A DNA stretch of 59,389 nucleotides from a bacterium. GTDB taxonomy: Bacteria > Cyanobacteriota > Vampirovibrionia > Gastranaerophilales > CAZEDP01. A program made the translations under genes and the position numbers. Location of the stretch: positions 1 through 59,389 of the forward strand of contig JAZDPZ010000068.1 of assembly GCA_043797105.1 (NCBI GenBank), written 5' to 3'. Of this stretch, positions 31,412 to 40,002 are shown piece by piece. Within the stretch, counting starts at the first letter, position 1, and every line of letters starts with the position of its first letter. A model generated the notes under the pieces. That model worked only from the letters and a program-made list of their open reading frames with translations. It ran no database searches and had not been told where the DNA came from.

Positions 31412-32713
31412 ATGGGTAAAACTATATCAGAAAAAATAATTAGCGAACATTGTGGTAAAGACGTTCGAGCAGGAGACTTTGTTGTTGCAAATGTTGATGT
31501 AACTGCTGTTCAGGATGGCACTGGTCCTCTCACTATAGAAGAAATGAGGAAAATAAATCTTGAACAGGCTATAAATCCATCAAGGACTATACTTTTTATA
31601 GATCATGCGGCGCCAAGTCCAAGAAAAGAACTTTCAAACGCGCATAAAATTCTCAGGGAATTCGCTAAAAAAACAGGCGTAATTCTTTCTGAGGTTGGTG
31701 AGGGTGTCTGTCATCAAAGATTGATTGAAGATTTTGTAAATCCAGGAGAAATTCTTGTCGGAGCTGATTCCCATACATGCACATCAGGAGCTTTAGGAGC
31801 TTTTGCTACAGGCATGGGTTCTACTGATATAGGAATCGCAATAGCTCTCGGTAAAACCTGGCTTAAAGTGCCTGAAACTTTTAAAATTGAAGTTAACGGA
31901 AAATTTCAGGACGGAGTTCATGCAAAAGACCTTATTCTTCATTTGATAGGAATAATTGGAGCTGATGGTGCCACTTACAAAGCTCTTGAATTTACCGGAG
32001 AAATTATAAAAAATATGCAGATGTCAGACAGGTTCACTCTTTCTAATATGGCGGTGGAAGCAGGAGCAAAAGCTGGGTTAATAGCATCAGACGACATTAC
32101 AAAAGAATATTTGGAGTCAAGAGGCAGAGAAAATAAATTTAGAGAGATTTTTGCAGATTTTGACGCCGAATACGAAAAAATTATTGAAGTTGATGTTTCA
32201 AGCCTTGAACCAACTGTTTCATGCCCGCATAGCGTTGATAATACAGCTCCTGTCAGTAAATTAAAACATATTAAAGTAGATCAGGTATTTATAGGAAGCT
32301 GTACCAACGGTCGAATAGAGGATTTGAGAATTGCAGCGCAAATACTCAGGGACAAAAAAAGACATCCTGATACAAGATTATTGATTGTGCCTGCATCAAA
32401 AGACGTATTTATACAGGCTTTGAAAGAAGGTTTGATTAGAATTTTTGTGGAAGCGGACGCTGCTATCATGACGCCTGGATGCGGACCTTGTGTCGGAGTG
32501 CATGGAGGGATTCTCGGGGATGATGAAATCTGTCTTTCCACTCAAAATAGGAATTTTCAAGGTAGAATGGGTAATCCCAAAGGACAGATATATTTGAGTT
32601 CGCCTGCTGTTGCCGCATATAGCGCTATCACAGGTCATATCTCAGACCCCAGAAAAATAAGTCATCTCTATTCTGTCCAAAGAGGCTATCCGTTCGAAAG
32701 GTATATGAGTTAA
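31412..32713 (+). CDS. LeuC/HacA-type hydratase large subunit (probable aconitase role)
   Basis: DH, GADSHTCT.GA.GAF.TG.G, IGSCTNGR, PGCGPC.G, NRNF.GRMG. Confidence 0.9.
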   Translation: MGKTISEKIISEHCGKDVRAGDFVVANVDVTAVQDGTGPLTIEEMRKINLEQAINPSRTILFIDHAAPSPRKELSNAHKILREFAKKTGVILSEVGEGVCHQRLIEDFVNPGEILVGADSHTCTSGALGAFATGMGSTDIGIAIALGKTWLKVPETFKIEVNGKFQDGVHAKDLILHLIGIIGADGATYKALEFTGEIIKNMQMSDRFTLSNMAVEAGAKAGLIASDDITKEYLESRGRENKFREIFADFDAEYEKIIEVDVSSLEPTVSCPHSVDNTAPVSKLKHIKVDQVFIGSCTNGRIEDLRIAAQILRDKKRHPDTRLLIVPASKDVFIQALKEGLIRIFVEADAAIMTPGCGPCVGVHGGILGDDEICLSTQNRNFQGRMGNPKGQIYLSSPAVAAYSAITGHISDPRKISHLYSVQRGYPFERYMS

Positions 32714-32747
32714 TTTAGTCTATAATTAATTTAGGAGATTTAATAAG

Positions 32748-33254
32748 GTGGAAAAAAAAGGTAAAGCCTGGAAATTTGGCGATGATATAAGCACAGATCA
32801 TATAGCGCCAGGAAGACTGTTTCATTTAAGAACAAACCTGCCGGAGCTGGCAAAACATGTTCTTGAAGATGCTGATCCTGACTTTGCAAAGAACATGTCA
32901 GAAGGCGATTTTGTTGTTGCGGGAAAGAATTTTGGATTAGGCTCATCAAGAGAACATGCTCCTGTAATTATAAAAATAGCAGGAGTTAATGGTGTGCTTG
33001 CCAAGTCTTTTGCGAGAATTTTCTTTAGAAATGCTATAAATATTGGATTGCTGGTAATTGAATGCAATACTGATTTGATAAATCAGGGTGATGAGCTTGA
33101 AGTTAACCTAGAAAAAGGTATAGTTAAGAATATAACCCAAAATATTGACATTAAAATCACTCCATTGCCTGATGTTATGATAAAAATTCTTAATGATGGC
33201 GGATTAGCAAAGCATATAGAGAAATATGGGGATTTTCAACTACAAATAGTGTAA
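32748..33254 (+). CDS. LeuD/HacB-type hydratase small subunit
   Basis: FGDDISTDHIAPG, NFGLGSSREHA, SFARIFFRNAINIGL. Confidence 0.9.
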   Translation: MEKKGKAWKFGDDISTDHIAPGRLFHLRTNLPELAKHVLEDADPDFAKNMSEGDFVVAGKNFGLGSSREHAPVIIKIAGVNGVLAKSFARIFFRNAINIGLLVIECNTDLINQGDELEVNLEKGIVKNITQNIDIKITPLPDVMIKILNDGGLAKHIEKYGDFQLQIV

Positions 33255-33283
33255 ATAAATATAGCAGAGAAGAGGTAGAGAAA

Positions 33284-34303
33284 ATGTATAATATAACTTT
33301 GATTCCGGGAGACGGTATAGGACCTGAAATCACAGAAGCAGCCCTTGCCGCAATCGAAGCAACTAATATTAAAATCAACTGGGATATAGTAAACGCAGGA
33401 GCTGATTTTATTGAAAGCGAAGGCACTCCCTTGCCTGATAAGGTTTTGGAGTCGATAAAAAAAAATAAAATAGCTTTGAAAGGTCCAATTACAACCCCTG
33501 TGGGAACAGGGTTCAGAAGCGTAAACGTAACTTTAAGAAAAGAATTAAATCTTTTTGCCTGTGTTAGACCAGTAAAAACACTAAAAGGCGTTAAATCGAG
33601 ATTTGATGATGTTGATCTTGTAATTGTCAGAGAAAATACAGAGGATTTATATGCGGGAATTGAACGCAAAATTGATGAAAACACTGCTGAATCCATTAAA
33701 TTAATTACCAGAGGAGCTTCTGAGCGAATCGCAAAATTTGCTTTTGATTATGCTCTTAAAGAAAACAGAAAAAAAGTTACAGCAGTAACTAAGGCAAATA
33801 TTTGCAAGCTTTCAGACGGTTTATTTTTAGAAGCTGCAAGGTCTATAGCTAAAAATTATCCGCAAATTCAATATGAAGAACTGTTAATTGATAATATGTG
33901 CATGCAATTAGTTATGTATCCTGAATTATACGATGTTTTATTATTGCCGAATTTATATGGAGACATTGTTTCGGATTTGGCTGCAGGATTGATTGGAGGA
34001 CTTGGAATAGCTCCGGGAGTGAATTTTGGTGATGAAATCGCTATTTTTGAACCTGTTCATGGAAGTTCTCCCGGGTTAAAAGGTCTTAATAAAGCTAATC
34101 CTACAGCATTGATTTTGTCTGCTGTTTTGATGCTTAAACATCTTGGAGAAGTAAAAGCGGCAAACAGACTTTATAATGCTGTGATTAAAGTTATTCAAAA
34201 AGGTGAAGCAACGACTTTTGACCTTGGAGGACCTGCTTCAACTTTGGAAATGGCTCAGGCAATTGTAGAAGAAATGGCTAAAACCAGTGTTTCATCCAAG
34301 TAA
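33284..34303 (+). CDS. NAD-dependent isocitrate dehydrogenase (IDH/IPMDH family)
   Basis: IPGDGIGPE, RSVNVTLRK, RENTEDLY, NLYGDIVSD, FEPVHGS. Confidence 0.8.
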   Translation: MYNITLIPGDGIGPEITEAALAAIEATNIKINWDIVNAGADFIESEGTPLPDKVLESIKKNKIALKGPITTPVGTGFRSVNVTLRKELNLFACVRPVKTLKGVKSRFDDVDLVIVRENTEDLYAGIERKIDENTAESIKLITRGASERIAKFAFDYALKENRKKVTAVTKANICKLSDGLFLEAARSIAKNYPQIQYEELLIDNMCMQLVMYPELYDVLLLPNLYGDIVSDLAAGLIGGLGIAPGVNFGDEIAIFEPVHGSSPGLKGLNKANPTALILSAVLMLKHLGEVKAANRLYNAVIKVIQKGEATTFDLGGPASTLEMAQAIVEEMAKTSVSSK

Positions 34304-34314
34304 CTTTGTTATTT

Positions 34315-34453
34315 TGTCATTGCGAGGCGGCTGAGCCGCTTCTATAAGTCTTCGCCTGGAATGATAGGAGCTTATGAATGTGTCTTAGACATCGAAGCAA
34401 TCCAAAATCTATAATATTTGGATCACCACGCCCCTTCGGGGCTCGTGATGACA
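34315..34453. repeat. composite REP-like element with nested palindromes
   Basis: TGTCATTGCGAGG..GCGGCTGAGCCGC..CGAAGCAATCC..GGATCACCACGCCCCTTCGGGGCTCGTGATGACA. Confidence 0.75.
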
Positions 34454-34470
34454 ATTACTTTTTAAAAAAA

Positions 34471-35316
34471 ATGAAAATATTGAAAATTTTCGTTTTATTT
34501 TTGTTGGTAATACTGGTAATTTCCGGTGCAAAACTTCAGCTAAACACAAAAGATCAGGCTATTAAATTTTATTCTCCGGCAAAGGGAATTTATATTGTTG
34601 ATATAGATGTCAAAAAATGCCCTGATTGTCTTTATCCTTATGTTTCTGATTCTCTTGAAACAATAGAAACAATAGCAGAAAAAACTAATTCTCCTGTTGT
34701 TATTAATACGGGTTTTTTTGACCCGACAAATGCAAAAACCGCTTCATATATCATTAAAGATGATCAAATAGCAGCAGACCCTTCTTTAAATCAGAATTTA
34801 ATGAATAATCCAGGCATTAAAGAGTATTTACCGGATATTTTAAACAGGTCAGAATTTAGAATATTAAATTGTGAAGAAAAACAAAGAGCTTTCGAGATAG
34901 TCCAACATAATGAATCAGCTTCATCTGGATGTGAAATAATCCATTCAATACAGGCTGGACCTAAATTATTTCCTGAATTAAAGCTGAGTGAAGAGGTTTT
35001 TGTTGTTAAAAAAGGAGATAAAATTGTAAAACAATCAGCAGGAGCGCTTGAAAAGTATGCAAGGTCAGCAATAGGCATTAAAAATAGGCATGTTTTATTA
35101 ATAGCAGTAAGTAATGAATCTCCGATGACACTTCCGGAATTAGCCGCTTTTGTGGAAAAACTCGGAGTTGATAGCGCAATGGCTTTTGATGGAGGGAGTT
35201 CAACTTCTTTATATATAAATTTGCCTGATAATCAAAAATTTATATTAACTTCAGCAAAAGATAATGCCGCAAGAAAAGTAAAATCAGCCTTGCTTATAAA
35301 AAATCTTTCTCAATAG
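34471..35316 (+). CDS. phosphodiester glycosidase (NAGPA/DUF2233) family exported protein
   Basis: INTGFFD, QAGP.L, ARSAIG, AMAFDGGSST; start at ATG 34471 with a signal peptide (upstream ORF extension lies in the repeat). Confidence 0.88.
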   Translation: MKILKIFVLFLLVILVISGAKLQLNTKDQAIKFYSPAKGIYIVDIDVKKCPDCLYPYVSDSLETIETIAEKTNSPVVINTGFFDPTNAKTASYIIKDDQIAADPSLNQNLMNNPGIKEYLPDILNRSEFRILNCEEKQRAFEIVQHNESASSGCEIIHSIQAGPKLFPELKLSEEVFVVKKGDKIVKQSAGALEKYARSAIGIKNRHVLLIAVSNESPMTLPELAAFVEKLGVDSAMAFDGGSSTSLYINLPDNQKFILTSAKDNAARKVKSALLIKNLSQ

Positions 35317-35407
35317 TTTTATAAATCCTCCTTAAAAACGATCATCAATATAAAATTAATAAGAATAATTTTATATTAAGAGGTTTTTTATAAAGGAAAT
35401 TAACAGG

Positions 35408-35962
35408 TTGAAATTTTTTTTATTTGATAAATATAAAAATAATAAATTTCAGGATAAAATAGACGACTTAAATCCTGATATTTCTTTTGGAAATTATGAA
35501 ATATTCAGCGATGAAAATATTAATATATTTAGCAATCCTGTTATTGAAACTTTTGAAACTCCAAAAAATAATACTAATAAGCCTTATAAACAATTAAATG
35601 ACCTTGATTCAACTATATTAAGCAAAAACTTGATTAACCTGCTGCCAAATAAACCTTTTAAAATAAATTTACAACTTAAAAACACGGAAAAATATCTGCA
35701 AGACATAGAAAAAGAAATTAATACAATTAAATTATTGGGTTTTGATAAAGATAATAATAAATTGGTTAAACTGGAAGGAATAAAACAACAACTAACAAAA
35801 GAAATTAAAGAATATAAATTTCAATACAGAAATTTAGGCTTAATTTATGAGCTAACATACATTTTTTTTGATATATCTGATAATTTTATTAAAAAACTAA
35901 ATTTAGTTAAAAAATTATTTAAAAAATATCGGGTTCTTAAAAAATTTTGGATTTTTAAATAA
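35408..35962 (+). CDS. hypothetical coiled-coil protein
   Basis: 184-aa ORF, TTG start after AAGGA, no recognised motif. Confidence 0.55.
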   Translation: MKFFLFDKYKNNKFQDKIDDLNPDISFGNYEIFSDENINIFSNPVIETFETPKNNTNKPYKQLNDLDSTILSKNLINLLPNKPFKINLQLKNTEKYLQDIEKEINTIKLLGFDKDNNKLVKLEGIKQQLTKEIKEYKFQYRNLGLIYELTYIFFDISDNFIKKLNLVKKLFKKYRVLKKFWIFK

Positions 35963-36112
35963 TTTTTTTGATTCACGCAAGTTCGTGTGTATAAAATAGA
36001 AGATGTAAAATAAAAGAATCAATCAGTAAGGTTTACGCAAGTTTACCGAAATAGTAATAAACTGTTTAAAGGTTATTGTCAAAGTTTAAAAAATAATCAA
36101 TGATTAATTTAT

Positions 36113-37069
36113 TTATTTATCATCTTCAAGATATTCTTTATAAATTTCAGGATGTCCTGCCATATAATTTTCCGGATCCAAATAATTAAAAATATCCTCG
36201 TCAACAAAAGAATTTTTTTCACAAAAATCTTCTTTTTTAATATCTTTATCAATATCCTCAGGCTGAATTTCAGTAAGCAAGTTTATATTATTTACTGTAC
36301 TGCCTATGACTAGCTGTTTTCCGTTAATTTCCACCAAATGAATATTTTTTCCCTGCCCTAAAGTTGTGGTAGATAAAAGATTAAATTTATTAATATTTTT
36401 TTCGTTAAATTTGCCTGCTAATATGGCGGTGGGATTTATTCCACGCAGTTTGGTATAGATTACTCCTACTATTAATATTAATATAATTACAAAAAATAAA
36501 GAGGATATTAGATTTAGAAAATTAGGTTCTTTTATGTCTTTTTTTTGTTCAATTTTATTTGAAAAATTATATTTTTGAGGATAATCTGACAAAGTAAAAT
36601 TCTTTTTATCAAAAGAAGTATTATTTGCTTTATTATTTTTAGCTTCTTTTAAAATTATACTGGATGTTTTTTTAGTTAAAGAGTTTATAGAATTTGTTTT
36701 ATTGATTTTTTTTTGATGATAAGAAATTTTATCTGACTTAAAAGGCAGTGTTTTTTTACTGTATATCTTTTTACCCGATTTATTTGTTGAAACCTTGTCA
36801 GTAGATATTTTATTTTTTAATAGCGGCTGAGCCGCTTCTTTATCCTCTTCAATCCTTCCTGCTCCAGAAGGATTAGAAACCTTAGAAAGTGGCTTAGCCA
36901 CTACCTTAGGCACTTCAGTATCAGTTTTAGGTATTACACTATGGATTTTAAAATTACCTAATGTAATATCATTAAAACCTGTCTCAGCAGCATAAACAAC
37001 TAAAGCAGCAAATAAAATTTGAATCAAAATAAAAATTACAATACAACAAGCATAAAATTTTTTATTCAA
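36113..37069 (-). CDS. fliO: FliO/FliZ-domain flagellar protein with a long K/S-rich N-terminal region
   Basis: TM followed by LLSTTTLGQGKNIHLVEING.QLVIGST.NNINLL.EI; last gene of the che operon. Confidence 0.7.
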   Translation of the reverse strand: MNKKFYACCIVIFILIQILFAALVVYAAETGFNDITLGNFKIHSVIPKTDTEVPKVVAKPLSKVSNPSGAGRIEEDKEAAQPLLKNKISTDKVSTNKSGKKIYSKKTLPFKSDKISYHQKKINKTNSINSLTKKTSSIILKEAKNNKANNTSFDKKNFTLSDYPQKYNFSNKIEQKKDIKEPNFLNLISSLFFVIILILIVGVIYTKLRGINPTAILAGKFNEKNINKFNLLSTTTLGQGKNIHLVEINGKQLVIGSTVNNINLLTEIQPEDIDKDIKKEDFCEKNSFVDEDIFNYLDPENYMAGHPEIYKEYLEDDK

Positions 37070-37092
37070 TTTAATATTTTGAACCCCTTTAG

Positions 37093-37452
37093 CTATCCTA
37101 TAAGTTTTTTTATGGCTTCAACTACTCTTTGAGGCTGAAAAGGTTTTACTACAAAATCTTTGGCTCCGGCTTGAATTGATTCAATAACCATTGACTGTTG
37201 TCCCATTGCTGAACACATTATAACTTTAGCATTTTTATCAATATTAATAATTTGTTTTAATGCGGCAATTCCATCACATTGAGGCATTGTAATATCCATA
37301 GTAACAAGGTCAGGAGAAAGTTCCTGAAACTTTTCCACTGCTTCATTACCATTTGCAGCCTCACCAACAACTTCATAGCCGTTTTTTACTAAAATATCCT
37401 TTAACATCATTCTCATAAAAGCTGCATCATCAGCAATTAAAATTTTTGGCAT
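37093..37452 (-). CDS. cheY: chemotaxis response regulator
   Basis: DDAAFMRMML, MDITMP, CSAMGQQ, KPFQP. Confidence 0.95.
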   Translation of the reverse strand: MPKILIADDAAFMRMMLKDILVKNGYEVVGEAANGNEAVEKFQELSPDLVTMDITMPQCDGIAALKQIINIDKNAKVIMCSAMGQQSMVIESIQAGAKDFVVKPFQPQRVVEAIKKLIG

Positions 37453-37465
37453 ATATAGGTACCTC

Positions 37466-37960
37466 CTAAAGCTCTATTTCTTGTTCTCCTATAGTTTTTA
37501 CAAAAACACTACCTGATAAAACCTGTATTTTAAAAGTTCTTCCTTTATTACCGCCGGTATCTGCCGCTGTTAGATTAAGATTCATCTTATTTAATACAGC
37601 CTTAACCGCAATAACATTTCTAACACCAATATTTAATATATTGCAACCTTTTTCAAGAGTAAACATTTGAGCTCCGCCTGCTATTTTCACAATAAGATTT
37701 TTTTTATCAGAACCCATTTTTACCATTTTTTCGAGTAATTCAGGAATAGCCGTATCCGCATATTTTCCAAGTAGAGTTATATTTTTAGTGGAATTTGTGC
37801 TGTCAGGTAAAACTATATGAACCATTCCGGCAATTTTAACTCTAGTATCATACATAGTTAAACCTATACAAGAACCAAGACCCGGCGCAATTAAAACTGT
37901 GCCTTGTGACTTAGATATTTGCATTTCACCCATTCCAACATTTATATTTGACATAATCAA
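37466..37960 (-). CDS. cheD: chemoreceptor glutamine deamidase
   Basis: GLGSCIG, HIVLP, KYAD, GGAQMF, DTGG..GR. Confidence 0.95.
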   Translation of the reverse strand: MIMSNINVGMGEMQISKSQGTVLIAPGLGSCIGLTMYDTRVKIAGMVHIVLPDSTNSTKNITLLGKYADTAIPELLEKMVKMGSDKKNLIVKIAGGAQMFTLEKGCNILNIGVRNVIAVKAVLNKMNLNLTAADTGGNKGRTFKIQVLSGSVFVKTIGEQEIEL

Positions 37961-37962
37961 TA

Positions 37963-38559
37963 TTATCTAACTTTTTTTTCTAAATAATCTACTAACTCGT
38001 AAAGTGAATTTTCTTCCAACATAAGTATATAATAAGCAGGAATTATTTCATCACCAATAGTTAACCTGGTGCTGATAATAACAGTTTCATCTGCAACACT
38101 GCATAAATTTGATATAATAGAATCAATTAAAGATCCAAGCATATCATGCATTATTATAGGAATTGTTATATTTATAAAACCGTCAATCATGGCGGCAAAT
38201 GCGCCAACATAAGCTCCTGAAATAATATTGGCAATTTCTGAAACAATCGAAGTGCAATCAATGCCATAATCACTAGCAATGATATTACAGATGCGATTTA
38301 CATCATCATCTTTTAGTATAAACATTATATATCCATTTAAAGATTCTTCCAGTTTAAAACATATACAGGTTCTAATTTCTTCGGCTCCGCCAAGAAACTC
38401 AGGGATATCGGGAAGTTTACATAATTCTATACTTGGCACTTCAAGTAAAACCCGCTTATTCAATATTTGAGACAAAGCAGTAGCCGCATTTCCTGTACCA
38501 ATATTCGCCACTTCTTTTAAAATATCCAGCTCAAAACTTGTAAAATTTTTATTTTCCAT
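37963..38559 (-). CDS. cheC: CheY-P phosphatase
   Basis: Two ExxN motifs (LKEVANIGTGNAATALS; SEIANI). Confidence 0.92.
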   Translation of the reverse strand: MENKNFTSFELDILKEVANIGTGNAATALSQILNKRVLLEVPSIELCKLPDIPEFLGGAEEIRTCICFKLEESLNGYIMFILKDDDVNRICNIIASDYGIDCTSIVSEIANIISGAYVGAFAAMIDGFINITIPIIMHDMLGSLIDSIISNLCSVADETVIISTRLTIGDEIIPAYYILMLEENSLYELVDYLEKKVR

Positions 38560-39439
38560 CTATATAACCTACCATTGAATCTATTTCCGAGTTTAACTCA
38601 ATCATTTCAGAAATTAATTTTTCAATATCTGAAGCTTGTTGAGATATATTTAATTTTTTTAAAGCATTTAACTCAAAGTTATACATCATTCCATCACAGC
38701 CCATTCCTGTGCCGAGCATCATAGTTATACAATCAGCAACATGTATTATAGCAATCAGTTTACTGTCTTCACATTTGGAATTAAAAGCAATATCAGGATT
38801 ATGATGATATTCTATAGTTTCTATAAGAATATTTGGAAAATTCCATTTATTGGCGATTTCAGAGCCAATCTGACAATGATTGAATCCTAACACCTTTTCT
38901 TCTGCCTGATAAAAAGGAATATTTTTAGAATTAATCATTTCAATTATTTCATCATAACTATCCTTGACATATTCGTGAATTATTAATTTGCCTATATCTC
39001 GTAATAATCCGGCAGTAAAAGCTATTTCAGGATCAGAATACTTTATTAATGATGCCAGGTGTCGCGCATAAAACGCGCAGCTTACAGAATTTTTCCAAAG
39101 TTCGCCCTTGCCTAAATCATATCCTTTTACTTCCTGATTAAGTATTCCATGTGAAATAACAATAAAAATCATATTTTTTAAAGTTGTAAAACCAAGCTTT
39201 GCTATTGCATCGTTTATTGAAACAATTTTTCTTGAAAATCCATAATTAGCTGAATTACATAGCTTTAATATTTGAGTAGTTAATGCCTGATCAAGAGAAA
39301 TGACTTTTGATACTTCATTAATACTAACATTAAAGTTATCCAGCATTTTGGAAACTTTTATAGCAATATGATAAAGTTCGGGTAATTTATCAACTTTACT
39401 GAGAATGCTTTGAATATCATTATGCTTCATAAATTTCAC
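38549..39439 (-). CDS. HDOD domain protein
   Basis: D..LT..ILKL.NSA.YG, AGLLRDIGK, H..IG......WNFP, YHH.P. Confidence 0.92.
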   Translation of the reverse strand: MKFMKHNDIQSILSKVDKLPELYHIAIKVSKMLDNFNVSINEVSKVISLDQALTTQILKLCNSANYGFSRKIVSINDAIAKLGFTTLKNMIFIVISHGILNQEVKGYDLGKGELWKNSVSCAFYARHLASLIKYSDPEIAFTAGLLRDIGKLIIHEYVKDSYDEIIEMINSKNIPFYQAEEKVLGFNHCQIGSEIANKWNFPNILIETIEYHHNPDIAFNSKCEDSKLIAIIHVADCITMMLGTGMGCDGMMYNFELNALKKLNISQQASDIEKLISEMIELNSEIDSMVGYIDGK

Positions 39440-39447
39440 TCACAATA

Positions 39448-39990
39448 CTACTCAGATAACGGCTTCGTTTCAATGAGTTCTTTGGTTTGTTTTATAACTT
39501 CCGCTACTTGCGCCATTTTTTGAAGTGTTTTACTTTCATTTATAGAAAGAAATTTCTGCGGATTTAATAAAATCAGCAGTCTATCCTGAAATTTACCAAC
39601 ACCCCATAAAAAATCATTATCTGATTCAAGATCAATTGGCGGAGGTTCAATATCTTCAGTTTTAAGATGAATAACTTCTGATACAGAGTCAACAATTAAT
39701 CCTATTGTTTCTCCATCCACTTCTAATACCATTATTCTTGATTCAATTGAATTGCGTTCTTTCTTAACTTCCAGCTGAAATTTTTTTCTTCCGTCAATAA
39801 TAGGAATAATATGACCTCTAAGGTTAATTACACCTTCTACAAACGAAGGGGATTTGGGTATTCTTGTGGGAGTTTGCAGCATTATAATTTCCTGGACACA
39901 TGTAATAGGCACTGCATACTCTTCATTACCTAATTGAAACACAATCATTTGAATTTCTTTTTGTTCTGAATTTAAAAATTCATCGATCAT
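39448..39990 (-). CDS. cheW: chemotaxis coupling protein
   Basis: GVINLRG.IIPIID, GLIVD.VSEV. Confidence 0.95.
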   Translation of the reverse strand: MIDEFLNSEQKEIQMIVFQLGNEEYAVPITCVQEIIMLQTPTRIPKSPSFVEGVINLRGHIIPIIDGRKKFQLEVKKERNSIESRIMVLEVDGETIGLIVDSVSEVIHLKTEDIEPPPIDLESDNDFLWGVGKFQDRLLILLNPQKFLSINESKTLQKMAQVAEVIKQTKELIETKPLSE

Positions 39991-40002
39991 ATTAAAACTC
40001 CT

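Noticed and set aside
30062-34303. Standard leuABCD or nifV call
   Set aside because: Synthase and dehydrogenase motifs fit Re-citrate synthase and IDH better; no ilv or nif context
34378-34470. Repeat-encoded N-terminal extension of the NAGPA protein
   Set aside because: ATG 34471 directly begins a signal peptide; the upstream part is repeat DNA that happens to be open
35971-36090. ACGCAAGTT direct repeat and TGTCAAAGTT resembling an IS end
   Set aside because: Too short, with no partner end or transposase fragment identified
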